Position numbers and translations under genes: made by a program. From positions 1-42,480 of the forward strand of contig NW_024705462.1 in the NCBI RefSeq assembly GCF_018977255.1: a DNA stretch of 42,480 bases, written 5' to 3'. This DNA comes from Callorhinchus milii. Taxonomy: Eukaryota. This document shows, piece by piece, positions 10,527-22,871 of this stretch (positions within the stretch are counted from its first letter, which is position 1; each line of letters opens with the position of its first letter). The notes under the pieces are model-generated. The model saw nothing but the letters and a program-made list of their open reading frames with translations. It searched no databases and was not told the origin of the DNA.

Positions 10527-12560
10527 GTGATTGAGTGATTGACTGTATGAGTGAGTGAGTGTGAGTGAATGAATGACTGTGTGACTATTTGAGTGACTGT
10601 GCATGTGACTGTGAGTGAACGACTGTGTGTTGAATCACTGTGTGAGGAGTGAATGTGTGAGTAAGGGTGAGTGAGTGACTGTGTGAGTGACTGTCTTTGT
10701 GAGTGAGTGACTGTTTCAGTCATTGAGTGGCTGTGTCAACGAGTGAGTGATTGTTTGAGTGACCGTGGAAGCGAGAGACTGACTGAGTGAGTGACTGTGA
10801 GAGACTGTGTGTGTGAGTGACAGTGTGACTATGAGTGAGGAAGAGTGAGTAACTCTGAGTGACTGTGTGACTGAGTAACGTGTCTGTAAGTGTCTGTGCG
10901 AATGAGTGACTGTGCGAATGATTGAGCGACTGTGAATAAGTGGGTGACTATAAGGGAATGATTGTTTGAGTAAGTGAGTGGGCCAGTGACTGTGTGTGTG
11001 CGAATGAATGACAGAGTGACTGTTTGAGTGACTGTGCATGTGGTTCTGAGTGAGCGACTGTGTGATGATTCACTGTGTGAGTAGTTAATATGTGACTGAG
11101 GGTGAGTAAATGCCTCTATGATGAGTGACGCTGAATGACTGAGAGTGAGTGAGTAACTGTGTGAATGAGTGAAGGTATGAGTGACTGGCTGTGTGAGTAA
11201 TTGTGCGTGAGTTACTGTGTGAAAGTGATTTTGTATGTATGAGTGACTGTGTGGGTGAGTGATGTGTGTGAGTGATTGTGTGTGATTGTGTGTGTGAGTG
11301 ATTGTATTGCGCGTGTGTGTGAGAGAGTGACTGTGTGTGTGAGTAACTGTGTCGTGAGAGATTGTGTGTGTGAGTGACTATGTGTGAGTGACTGTGTTTG
11401 TGAGTGAATCTGTGTGAGTGGCTGTGTTTGAGTGATTGATTGAGTGAGTCATTGTATGTCTGACTGTGTGTGTGAATAATTGTTTGAGTTAATCACTATG
11501 CTATTTAGTAAGTGAATGTGAGTCAATTTCTTTGTGAGTGATTGTGTGTGTGAGTGACTGTGTGTGTGAGTGACAGTGTTTGAGTGACTGTGTGTGAATG
11601 ATGTGAGCGATAGTGGAAGAATAGATGTCTGAGTGACTGTCTGTGTGTGACTGAGTGACAGTGTGTGAGTGACAGTGAGTGACAGTGAGTAAATTGCTGT
11701 GTCAGTGACTGTGTGAGTGCGTGCCTGGAGCAATCCAGTGAGTGACAGCAGTAGGGGGCGGGGCTGGAGGTTGGGTCAGTCCTCTAGCCCCGTCCTTCAC
11801 GCCGCGCAGCCTCACAGACAGGGGGTAAAGCTGCCCATCATAACTGGGGAGCGAGTGAGTTACTGTGTGAGTGACTGAGTGATTGTGTAGTGACAGTATG
11901 TTTGACTGTGCGAGTGACTGTGTGAGTGATTGAGTGAATGATTGTGTGCGTGATTGCATGTGTGACTGTGTGAGTGAGTGACAGTGTGTTGAATCATTGT
12001 GTGAGTGAATGATGCTGAGTGAATTACGGTAGTGATTGATGGAGTGAGTGACTGTTAGTCACTCTGAGTGAGTCACAGTGTGAGTGATGTATGAGCGTGT
12101 GAGTGACTGTCTGAGTGAGTAAGTGAATGTATGAGTGAATGTGTGAGCGAGTGGGTGACCGTGCAATTGACTGTGTGAGCGAGTGGCTGAATTTGTAAGT
12201 GACTGTGTGAGCGAGTGGGTGACTGAGAGAGTGACTGTGAGTGTCTGTGTATGTAAGTGACGTGGTAAAAATCAGCGAGGGTGTGTGAGTGAGTGGGTGA
12301 CTGTGTGAGTGAGTAACTGTGTGATTGTGTGAATGAGTGGCAATGTAAGTGAGTGATTGTGTGACTGTTTAATTGAATGATTAGATGAATGAATGAGTGC
12401 ATAATTGAGTGACTGTGTGAGTGAGTGATTGTGTGCATGATTTACTGTGTGAGTGAGTGACTGTGTGTGACTGTGTGAGTGAGTGACTGTGCGAGTGACT
12501 ATGTGAGGCAGTTACTGCGAGAGTGAATGACTCTGGGTGAGTGATTGTGTGAGTGAGTCG
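10527..12560. repeat. TGAG/TGAC-rich low-complexity intronic tract
   Basis: Degenerate gtgagtgactgt repeats. Confidence 0.9.
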
Positions 12561-12627
12561 TCTGGGACAGAGGAGGGAAGAGGAGGATCAGTCGTTAGAA
12601 TAAATGACAGGAATGTTGGACCAGAAT

Positions 12628-13140
12628 TAGGGACAGATGTGCTGTGTGTGTCAGTGGGAACAGATATGCTGTGTTTTGGGTTGGGGCAAATGTATGTGTG
12701 TGGCAGTGGGGATAGATGTGCTGTGTGGGGAGAGATGTGCTGTGTGTTGGGCTGGGGACCAATGTGCTCTGTGTGGGTTTGGGGACAGATATGCTGCGAG
12801 AGGTGGGGACAGAAGTGATGTGGGTGGCGGTGGGGACAGATGTGCTGTAGGAGTCAGTTGGTACAGATGTGCTGTGTGGGGGTGTGGACAGATGTGCTGT
12901 CTGTGGGGGTCGGGACATATGTGCTGTTTGTGGGAACAGATGTGCTATGTGTCGGGGTGAGGACAGATGTGCTGTGGGTGGCTGTGGGGACAGATGTGCT
13001 GTGGGTGTCAGTGGGGACAGATGTGCTGAGTGGAGTGTGGACAGATGTGCTGTCTGTGGGGGTGTTGTTTGAGGGTGTTGTTTGAGGCTGTTTGAGGGAA
13101 CATATGTGCTGTGTGTGGGGGTGAGGACAGATGTGCTGTG
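12628..13140 (+). repeat. ~24-bp minisatellite (ggggacagatgtgctgtgt...)
   Basis: About 20 degenerate units sharing gacagatgtgctgt. Confidence 0.9.
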
Positions 13141-13185
13141 TAAGGGGATAAATATGGAATGACAGTGAGGGGAGAATTGACTGAC

Positions 13186-13225
13186 CTGGAACTAGCAGCA
13201 ACAGCCGAAGGAAATGGTCCTTCAT
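13186..13225 (-). CDS. C-type lectin signal-peptide exon (MKDHFLRLLLLVP-A); the exon begins at 13231
   Basis: ctcttacccacag acceptor, acaATG, CAG|GTCAGT phase-1 donor. Splices in frame to the CTLD exon giving MKDHFLRLLLLVPAVQTFQ. Confidence 0.85.
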
Positions 13226-13289
13226 TGTGACCTGTGGGTAAGAGACCAACAACCACATCCGTAACACAAGCAACAAGTCACTGGGCACA

Positions 13290-14030
13290 GAGATTGAGAG
13301 GGCGAGGGAGAGTGAGAGGGTGAGGGAGGTAGATAGAGAAAACTGAAAGGATAAGGCAGGGACAGAGAGATAGAGAGAGAGACTGAGACGGTGGGGAAGA
13401 GACAGAGAGAATGAGAGAGAGCGAGAGAGAGAGAGAGAGAGAGAGAGACTGAGAGGGTGAGGGAGAGGCAGAGGGGCAGAGAGAGAGACAGACTGAGTGG
13501 ATGAAGCAGAGACAGTGAGTGAATGAGTGAGTGACTGAATGAGTGAGTGAGTGCCCGATTGAGTGAGAGAGTGGAAGCGACTGGGATAGAGAGAGATAGA
13601 AAGGAGACTCAGAGGGTAAGGAAAAGATAGGCAGAGAAACTGAATTTGAGGAGACTCAGTGAGCGAGATAAAGAGAGAGACAAAGAGTGAGGGAGACAGG
13701 AAGAGGGAGAGCGTGTGAGAGTGAGAGAGACAGAGGGAGAGAAGGAGATAGAGAGGGTGCATGTGAGTGCAAGAGTGGTTGATGGAGAGAGAGACAGAGA
13801 AGGTAAGAGAGTGTGACAGAAAAGGAGCGACAGAGAGGGAGGAAGAGTGTGTGTGAGAGAGAGAGAGTGGCAGACGATGAGACAGAGGGTGAGAAAGAGA
13901 GAGTGTGAGTGACAGAGAAGTAGAGTGTGAGACAGTGTGAGAGACAGAGAGTGAGAGTGAGAGTGTCACAAAATGCAAGTATGTGAGAGACAGAGAGATA
14001 GAGTGACAGTGAATGAAAGAGAGATGACAA
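13290..14030. repeat. AG-rich low-complexity tract
   Basis: (GA)n and gagagac repeats. Confidence 0.9.
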
Positions 14031-14047
14031 CAAGTGGGCAATGTTTC

Positions 14048-15830
14048 AACATAAGAACATAAGAATCAGAAGCAGGAGTAGGCCATTCGCCCCTCGAGCC
14101 TGCCCCGCCATTCGATAATATCATGGATGATCTTCAGACCTAACTCTAATTACCTCCCCTATCCCCATATACCCTAATCCCTCTGGGTTTTAAAATTCTA
14201 TCTATCTCGGCCTTGAAGATGTTCAAGGACTGAGCATCTACAGCCTTCTGGGGGAGTGAATTCCATAAATTCACCGCCCTCTGAGTGAAGAAATGTTTCC
14301 TCAACTCTGTTCTGAAAGGCTGACCCTTAATTTTAAGACTGTGACTCCTGGTTATAGATTCTCCTACCAAGGGAAACAGACCCTCCGTGTCCACTTTATC
14401 CAGCCTTTAAGAATCTTATATGTTTCAATAAGATCTCCCCTAATTCTTCTGTACTTTATAGAATATAGCGCTAATTTATTAAGACTATCCTCATAGGTCA
14501 GTCCCCTCATCCCTGGAACATACCTAGTGAATCTACGCTGCACCCCCTCTATGGCAAGTATGTCCTTGTTTAAATAAGGAGATCAAAACTGCACACAATA
14601 CGTCAAGTGCGGTCTCACCAAGGCCCTGTACAGTTGCACCAAGGCTTCCCTGCTCTTGTTCTCTAAACCTTTTGCAATGAACGATAACATGCCGTTCGGC
14701 TTCTCAGTTGCTTGGTGCACCTGCAAACTAACTTTTTCAGACTGGTGCACAAGGACACCCACATCCCCCTTCTGCACACTGAAACTATCTAATCTCTCCC
14801 CCTCTGGAAAATAATCTGTTTTTCTATTGTTTCTACCTCGATGAATAACTTCACAATTCCCCACATTAAATTCCATCTGCCACATATTCGCCCACTCCCC
14901 TAGCCTATCTATATCCCGTTGCAATCTTTTTGCATCATCCTCAGAGCTTATTCTCCCACCTAGTTTACTGTCATCCGCGAATTTAGATACATTACATTCA
15001 ATGTCCTCTTCTAGATCATTGATGTAAATGGCAAACAGCTGAGACCAAAGCACTGATCCTTGTGGCACCCCACTAGTCACATCCTGCCATTTCGAGAATG
15101 ACCCGTTTATCTATAATTTCTGTTTTTCTACCCGTCAGCCACTCTTCAATCCATGCTAATATGGAGTCCTGTAGCTCAGTTGTTAGAGCACTCGCTTTGC
15201 AAGTGAGAGATCTGGGTTCAATTTCAGGAGGGCGAAACCTTGGGCAAGTTTCCTTACTCCACACAGAGCCTAATAATAATCCCTCCAAAACCCAAAACAA
15301 TAATAAATTGGCCATTTTCAACCTACGACTGTTTGTGAGACAAATATACAGTCAGTTCATTTTACAGTGCGTTCTGTGAATCACTTTGGGACGTCCTCCC
15401 GACGTGAAAAGCGCTATATCAAATGCAAGGATTATTATTATTAATATTATTATAATATGTTGCAATTAATCTCATGGGCCTTAACTTTGTGCAATAGCCC
15501 TTTGTGTGGCACTTCGTCAAATGCCTTTTTAAAATCTACATATACTATATCTACTGGTTCCCCCTATCAAAACTGCTAAATACATCTTCAAAAAACTCTA
15601 AACGATCAGTTAAGCATTACTTCCCTTTTGTAAAGCCATGTTGACTCTGACTAATCGTGTTATGCTCTTCCAGGATTCCCATAACGACATTCTTAATTAA
15701 GGACTCATGAATTTTCCCTCTCACTGAAATCAGACGAACTAGTCCATAGTTCCCCATCTTTTCTCTCCCACCCTTCTTAAATATTGGTGTCACGTTTGCA
15801 ATCTTTCAATCAATGGAATCCGTTCCAGAA
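14048..15830 (-). mobile_element. CR1-clade LINE, 5'-truncated and degenerate, interrupted by a SINE
   Basis: (aacataag)n tail at 14048; translations [40 protein letters not shown]. Confidence 0.92.
15164..15452 (+). mobile_element. tRNA-derived SINE (same family as 7638-7950) with a 7-bp TSD
   Basis: Full head gtagctcagttgttagagcactcgctttgcaag...gggttcaatt; (TTA)n tail; taatatg at 15157-15163 and 15453-15459. Confidence 0.93.
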
Positions 15831-15987
15831 TCCAGAGAATTATGGAAGATTAATCTAGAGAATTTTGGAAGATCGATTTGCCTGGAGATGGAGGTGTAAT
15901 TGCAGATATAAATTGTCTCAGAAGTATTTTCAGTTTTTATTATAAAGTGCAGTGATTTGAGACAAACCCGACACCTAATTGCACACA

Positions 15988-16340
15988 GCAACAACAACAC
16001 GTTGCGTGTGTAAAGCGCCTTTCACGTCGGGAGGGCGTCCCAAGTCACTGGATACAATCAAGTTCCCCACACACAACAATGCGGTGAAAGAGCAATTGAT
16101 TTGGAGCATTGTTGGCAAGGATATTTGGTGAATGTCTCTTTTCCAGTTGTGCTGCAGGTTATTTAGTGTCCACATAAACAGATATACAGTAGCTCAGTCA
16201 AACTCCTCACCTGAAGGACAGGACCAATAACAATGCCGCCCCCCACCCTAGAACATCATTAGAGTGGCAGCCAAGACTGGGAGCTCAAAGCCTCCGATAC
16301 ACGGCTTGAACTCACAGGACTGTCTGTCTCTCTTAAGCCC
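15988..16340 (-). mobile_element. Old SINE with an L2-like (TTG)n tail, resembling SacSINE1/Deu-domain SINEs
   Basis: Reverse strand shows a gagttcaagcc B-box, a ggctgccactc...gtcctgtccttcaggtgag core, and a gggacgccc...cgtgaaaggcgct tail. Family assignment is from recollection. Confidence 0.55.
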
Positions 16341-16561
16341 AAACCAGAGATACCTGCCTGATTCCACTGGTCAGTGAATGCCAAACCAGAGGCAACAACA
16401 ACAACTTGGACGTGGAGCAACTTCAAATCATCACCAGATCAGACTGAAGGAGACGAAAGTTAAAACATTTCTTTTTACACAGAGGCATATAAGGACAATA
16501 TCAGAATACGGTGTAAAGTGTGTTGACTTTATAATTTGTGGGCATGACTTCACAGACTCAC

Positions 16562-16642
16562 CGTCCAGACGTCCTGTCCCTCCTTCGTCCAGGGACTAGT
16601 GTGGTTGTTCCTGTGGAGGCTGTGAGATACCCGCCACCGACA
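16562..16642 (-). other. Putative non-coding first exon of the C-type lectin gene
   Basis: ACG|GTGAGT donor at 16561; unique sequence between repeats; TATA-like element upstream. The ATG exon has an acceptor, so an upstream exon is expected. Confidence 0.5.
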
Positions 16643-16740
16643 GTAACTCTGAAACCACAGCACTCAAGCTATATTTACACCTAATCCTACAGTTTGTTTC
16701 CTCATAAGGAAATCATCAGCAATTGTTTCCTGGAACGAAT
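16643..16740 (-). promoter_or_regulatory. Candidate promoter: TAAATATA (16670-16677), RUNX TGTGGTT (16653-16659), ETS-like GGAA sites, STAT GAS TTCCTGGAA (16727-16735)
   Basis: Motifs read directly from the sequence and clustered within 100 bp upstream of the candidate exon 1. Confidence 0.45.
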
Positions 16741-16744
16741 CTGA

Positions 16745-17012
16745 GAGCCTTTGCTTTTGTTCCACCCTCCCAACCAACCATCGGCGGTCAGACCTTCAGC
16801 CTCACTGCCCCCACTCCATGGAACTCCATCCCATAGTCCCTCCGTATCTCCTCCTACTCCCCCGCCTCCTTCAAGGCAGGTCTAAAGACCCTACGCTTCG
16901 ACCAAGCCTGCGGTCAGCCTCCTATCCCCTCCCTCCTCGCAATCCACCCCCTCCAGTTCGGGTCCAAATCCCTGACTGCCCACCGCCTTGGGACGCCCTC
17001 CAAACGTGAACT
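16745..17012 (+). mobile_element. L2 3' fragment
   Basis: Similar to 6190-6520 (ccatcggcggtcagaccttcagcctc...cgccttgggacg). Confidence 0.85.
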
Positions 17013-17029
17013 GCTCCTTCTAACCTGAC

Positions 17030-19450
17030 TACAAGGGAACATTTTGCAAAGGTGACCATAATATGATGAATTTGATAAAAGGTTTGTGAGGGTGAAGGAG
17101 AGTCACAATCCGGGATTTTAAATTGAAGCGAGGCAAACTTGAAATGGATGAGAAATAAATGAACTACAGCAAACTGTTAGTGGGTACCCACAGACCCACA
17201 ATGGGAAGTATTCAAAGATGAATTTGGTACCATATCGAACCAGTCCATCCCCTAACCATAAAAGCTCCGCTGGTGCAGTTCAACAAACATGGTCGACAAA
17301 TGAGGCGAGAGACAGCAACAAACTAAAAAAATGCTTAAACGAGTACAAGATAAAGTATAAATCCAGCGTCCTGCGAGACTTCTAAGTAACAACAGACACA
17401 AAGAAAGTAATAAAAGGGAATATGAAATACAACCTGCAGGAGATATCAAGGGCAACGCTAACCCTTTGAATCAATATTTTAAGAGAAAGAGAGCAGTAAA
17501 AGGGAACGTGGGCCCATTAAAAGCGATGGAGGTGACACTATAATGGACAGTAAGGAAATGGCAGGCTTGTTGAATGATTAATTTGCTTCCATTTTCATAG
17601 ACGAGGAAGAGGACAGAATACCAGGGGTACAAGGCAATCTAAAAATAAGCCAAAGAGATTTAGTCAACGGATTTAATATGAATNAAAAAAGATAATGCAG
17701 AAAATAATGGGACTAAAGATAGACAAAAATCTCCAGGATTTGATAGATTCCACCCCTGGTTATTAACGCAAGTTCTGGAGGGAATTGCAGTTGCATTCGT
17801 CATCATTTTCCAAAGCGACATATTCAGGAATTGTACCTTTGTATTGGAGAATTGCGAATGTGACTACATTTTTTAAGAAGGAATGGAGAGAGGAAATGAA
17901 GGAGTGAGGTAGGGAGGGATGGAGGAAAATCAGGTAACTACAGAGCTGTCAGCTTCACTTCAGCTGTAAGAAGGTGACTGGAATCTCTCATTGGGGATAG
18001 AGTGACTGAGCACTTGGATACGTATGGGCTAATCAAAGAGAGTCAGCGAGGATGTGGGGGTTGCAGGTCAAGTCTGACGAATCTGATTGAATTTTTTAAG
18101 GAGATCACAAACATGGTGGGTAAGAGAGTATCTATGGACGTCATCTATGTGGACTGCCAGAGGCTTCTGCACAAGAGTTTAAGCACATGGAATCAGAGGT
18201 GACCTTGCGACGTAGCTTGGGAAATGGTTGGGAGGCAGGAAACAGAGAGTAAGGGAAAAACTAAGTTTCTGATTCTCGGATGTGACAAGAGTCCCCAAGA
18301 GTCAGTACTGGGGCCTCAGCTATTCAATATATAATAATAATCATAATAATCCTTGCATTTGTTATAGCGTTTTCAAACCTTTGAGACGTTTCAAAGCGCT
18401 TCAGAGAATACACTCCAAAGAGAATTGACCGTATATTTGTGGACGAAACACGGGAGCCAATTGCGTCCATTGACATCTGTTGAACAGTCGTGGTTTGGAT
18501 GACTACATTTTATTGTTTATTTCTTGGGGAATATCGGGCATGTGGATTAAGAAAAATTGTCCCAGGTTTTGTCCTGACGGGAATTCAGTCTCTCGTTGGC
18601 GAGGCAAGTGCTCTGACCACTGAGCTACAGATCGCCAGTGTATATATAAGTGTCTTAGATGAAGGAATATTTGAAGGAATTAATTGTGTAGATTGGAGCA
18701 GGAAATAAAAGGGGACTTTTATAAATTAAGAGAATGGGCAAAATTGTGGCAGCTGAGACTTAGTGCGGGGAAATGTGAGATCACCACTGTGATCCAAAAA
18801 TAGCCAAACAAAATATTTTCTAACTTATGTGAAACTAAGTACTGAGCGGGAGCAAAGAGATTTGAGTATCCACGGCCGCAATCACTGAGGGCAAGCTCAC
18901 AGCCACACAATGTTATTGAAGAGGCTGATGTGATTTTGGCATTTATCTCCGGGGCTGGCATATCAATTAGAAAAAATCATGCTCTAATTGGAAACAGCCT
19001 TGGTCAGGCCCCATCTGGAGACTGCGTTGAGTTTTGGGCAACGCACTCCAGGAAGGATATATTGGCTCTGGTTGGAGGGGGTCCAGCACAGAATCACCAG
19101 AAATATACGAGGGTTTAAAGGGTTAAATTACGAGGCCAAGTTGTGTAAACTTGTTCTCTGTTCCCTTGAGTTTAGAAGTGGGAGTAAGGCTGATTTCGTT
19201 GAGGTGTTTAAAGTAATATGGGGATTCGAGAGAGTAGTCGCAGTGAAGCTATTTCCATTTGTGGAAAAATGAGCAAAATCTTAAAATCAGAGGCGCGTCA
19301 TTTAGAAGTGAAACCAGGGCAAGTTCTACCCAAAATCCAGTGGGAATCTTTATTTTTCTCCCCCAAAAGTCTGGGGATTATGGTTGGATCCAATCATGTT
19401 GTCCAGACTGAGGCGGAGAGATGTTTGTTAAGTCAGGGGATCAAGGGATC
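17030..19450 (+). mobile_element. Degenerate CR1 LINE (tether/RT to near the 3' end), interrupted by a SINE
   Basis: Translations EHLDTYGLIKESQRG, LTNLIEFFKEIT, ALVRPHLE; many stops and frameshifts; an ambiguous N at 17684. Confidence 0.8.
18331..18632 (-). mobile_element. tRNA-derived SINE, diverged
   Basis: (taa)n ccttgcattt tail at left; gtgctctgaccactgagctacag head at right. Confidence 0.85.
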
Positions 19451-22400
19451 ATTCTATGTTACTATGTTTCTATGTTACTTTTTTTCTCTCTTTATTATTC
19501 TGATTGCCTTTTTCTCTGTTTCCCAGTAACACTGTTTCTCTGTTACTCTGCTTCTCTGTTAAAATGCATACATTAGAATCCATTAGAATATACAACACAG
19601 AAACAGGCCGTTCGGAACAACTGGTGTATGCCGTTGTTTATGCTGCACATGAGCCTCCTCCTGCCCTTCCTCAACTGAGCCGTCAAGCAGAACCTTCTAC
19701 TCCATTCTCCCTCATGTACCGAAATTACACCTGTGTTATTTGGCTCAACAACTCCTTGGGCAGCATTTTCCATATTCCCACTACTCTCTGTGTAAAGATA
19801 TTTCTTCTAACTTCCCCATTTGATCTGTTTGTGACTGTTCTATATAGATGGCGTCTGTTTTGAGTCTCACGTACAAGTTAAAACATCTATTACTCTGTTT
19901 CTGTGTTACTGTTTCTTTCTTACTTTTTTTCTGTGTTATTCTGTATAATCCGTGTGCTTTTTTATTCTGTTTGTTTGTTACTATGTGTCAGTGTAGTTTA
20001 GTTATGCGTCAGATTTCACTCACAGAGACCTCATTGACAGATAACGATGGAACATATGTTTGCAGCAAACACAGATGTCCCAAATCCCAAAACAAAACAG
20101 TCGCTCAACAAGGAAGTAGAAGGTATTTTATTTAAACATGCAAAACATACAATGACAATCAGATGAAGGAACAATGGAAACTGTCTCTCTGCCATCTCAC
20201 TGAACTGAGCAGCACACACACCAACCAGGAAATCACATGTGCTTTTTTTTAGCTCAGCTCAATCCAGGTTTTAAAAACACCCTAAATAACATGTGGTAAA
20301 CAGAATGGAGTTTCTATGCTGGATGCCTGGTCAACAATCACCCCTCGGTCTCGCTCACTTGCATCACAGCTGTGTGTGTAGATATTGGGGGAAAGGGGGG
20401 AGGCAATATAGTCTCCTAATTTGCTTACACTAGACACCTGTTCCCTGTGAAATGATGTGAGGCCTTTGGTGGGATAGATGGCAAAATTCAGAGGAACCTT
20501 AATTCTGACTCCAATCTGTTCATCCGGTAAAACACTGAGTAATGTGGACTGTTGGGTGATCACAATCGCTAAAAACAAGCTCACAGCCACACAACGTTAC
20601 TGAAGAGGCTGGTGGGATTTTGGTCTTGATCTCCAGAGATTGGAATATAAAGAAGAGGAAATAACGCTTCAAGTGCATAGAGTCTTGGTCAGGCCCCAAC
20701 AGGAGACAGCGCTCAATTGGGCTCCTCAGCTCAGGAAGGCTACACAGGCTCTTGGAGCACGGGGTGCAGCACAGAATCACCGGAATTATACCAAGTTGTA
20801 AAGGTTAAGTCGCATGAGCAGATTGTATAAATCAGGTTTCTATTCACTTGATTTTAGAAGGTTGAGTGAGGGCTGATTTGGTTGAGGGGTTTAAAGTAAT
20901 AAAGGGATTCGCGAGAGTAACGACAGGGAAGCTGTTTCCTCTGGTGGGTAGTGGGGTGGGGGAATCCAGGACAAGGTGCGACATCTTAAAATGAGGGGCA
21001 GCTTCTCACTCAAAGTCCGGTGGGAATCTCTCTCTCCCTCCCCCAAACGCCTGTGGATTATGCCTGGATCCATTCACATTATCCAGACTGAGGTGGAGAG
21101 ACGTTTGTTCAGTCAGATACAATGGATCTGTATATTTTACTGTGTTTCTCCACTTATGTGTTTCTGTGTTTCTCTATTTCCGTGTTTCTTTCTTAGAATA
21201 CGTACATGAGAATCCATTGGAATATACAGCACAGAAACAGGCCATTCGGACCAACTGTTCTATGTCGGTGTTGATGCTCTACTTGAAGATCCTCCTGCCC
21301 TTCCTCGACTAAGCCTTTAAGAAAAACCTTCTAGTCCTTTCTCCCTCATGTACCTATCTAGCTTCCCCTTAAATACATCTTTGAAATTTGCCTGAACAGC
21401 TCCTTGTAGTAGCATGTTCCACATTCCCACTGCTCTCTGTGTAAAGCAATTTCTTCTAACTTCCCTGTTAGATCTAATTGTGACTGTTTTATAAATATGG
21501 CCACTGTTTTTGGTCTCTCCCACAAGTTGAAATATACGTTACTCTCTTTCTATGTTACTCTATTTCTTTTTTACTCTGTGTGTGTGTGTTACTATGTGTC
21601 AGTGTAGTGCAGTGAGCATCAGCTTTCCCTGCCAAGGAAACCTCATTGACCGACCGTGGTGGAGATTATCTTTGCACCAAACACATATGTCTCAGATCCC
21701 AAAACACAGCAGCCCTTCTACAAGGAACTAGAACATATTTTTCTTAACATGCAAATTATATGCAATGACATTTAGATGAAGGAAGAATAGAAACTGTTTT
21801 CCTGCCAGCTCACTGAGCTGAGTAGCACACACACCAACCTGGAAACCACATGCGTTTTTTTGGCTCAGCTTAATCCAGACATTAGAGACACATCAATACC
21901 TTTGGGGAAAGAAGCGAGTTTCTCTGCTGGGGGCCTGGTCAACCATCAACCCAAGGTTTCGCTCATTCATACCATAGCTGTGTGTGTGTGGGGGCGGGTG
22001 AAGGGCAAATGTTCTCCACATTTGCTTGGACGAGAGAGCTATTCCCTGTGAAATGCTGTGAGGCCTTTGGTGGGGTACAATGCAGCGGGATCTTTACTCT
22101 GTCTCGAATAAGTTCATCTGGTGAGAAACTAAGAACTGTGGAGTGTTGGATGTCCTCGTCCAGAATCACTAAATATAAGCTCAGAGCCACACAGCGTTAC
22201 TGAAAAGATTGACGGGATGTTGGCCTTGATCTGCAGAATCTGCTGGAATATAAAGGAGAGGAAATGTTGCTCCAATTCTATAAAGCGTTGGTCAGGCCCC
22301 ATCTGGAGAATGTGTTTAATTTTGGCCCCACACCTCAGGAAGAATATATTGGCTCTGGAATGATACCAGGGTTGATGGCGTTAAACTGCAAAGCCAGGAT

Positions 22401-22870
22401 GTTTAAATTTCGTCTATATTCCCTTGAGTTTAGAAGGTTGAGTGAGGGCTGATATGATTGAGGTATTTAAAGTAATAAAGGGATTCGAGGGGTGAGCGAC
22501 AGGGAAACTATCTCCTTTGCTGGGTATTGTGTGTGGGGGGTGGTGGGAAGAATACGGAGCAAGGGACAAAATCTTAAAATCAGAGCAAGACCATTTAGAA
22601 GTGAATTCATGGGCAGTTTCTCACCCAAAGGCAAATGGGAAACATTCTCTCTCTCCGCCTAAAAGGCTGCGGATAATGGCTGGATCCATGTACGTTGTCC
22701 AGACTGAGGTGAATAGATGTTTGGTAAGTCAGGGGATCAAGGGATCATTCTATGTTACTGTGTTTCTCTCTTTATATGTTATTTTGTTTCTGTGTTACTC
22801 TGTTTCTGTGTTACTCTGTGTAAGTGTAGTGTAGCAAGTATCAGATTTCACTGCCACAGAGACATAATTG
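18893..22870. repeat. Old tandem triplication of a ~1.6-1.7 kb composite unit (CR1 3' piece (+), TG-rich linker, CR1 tail (-), unique DNA)
   Basis: aagctca(c/g)agccacaca anchors at 18893, 20577 and 22177. CR1 tails (cattagaat) at ~19572-19890 and ~21196-21535. The third unit is cut by the L2 at 22872. Confidence 0.85.
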
Positions 22871-22871
22871 A

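Noticed and set aside
15164..15235. tRNA-like sequence with a TGC-like anticodon loop
   Set aside because: It continues into a SINE body and tail, has a TSD, and occurs in several diverged copies; it is a SINE head, not a tRNA gene.
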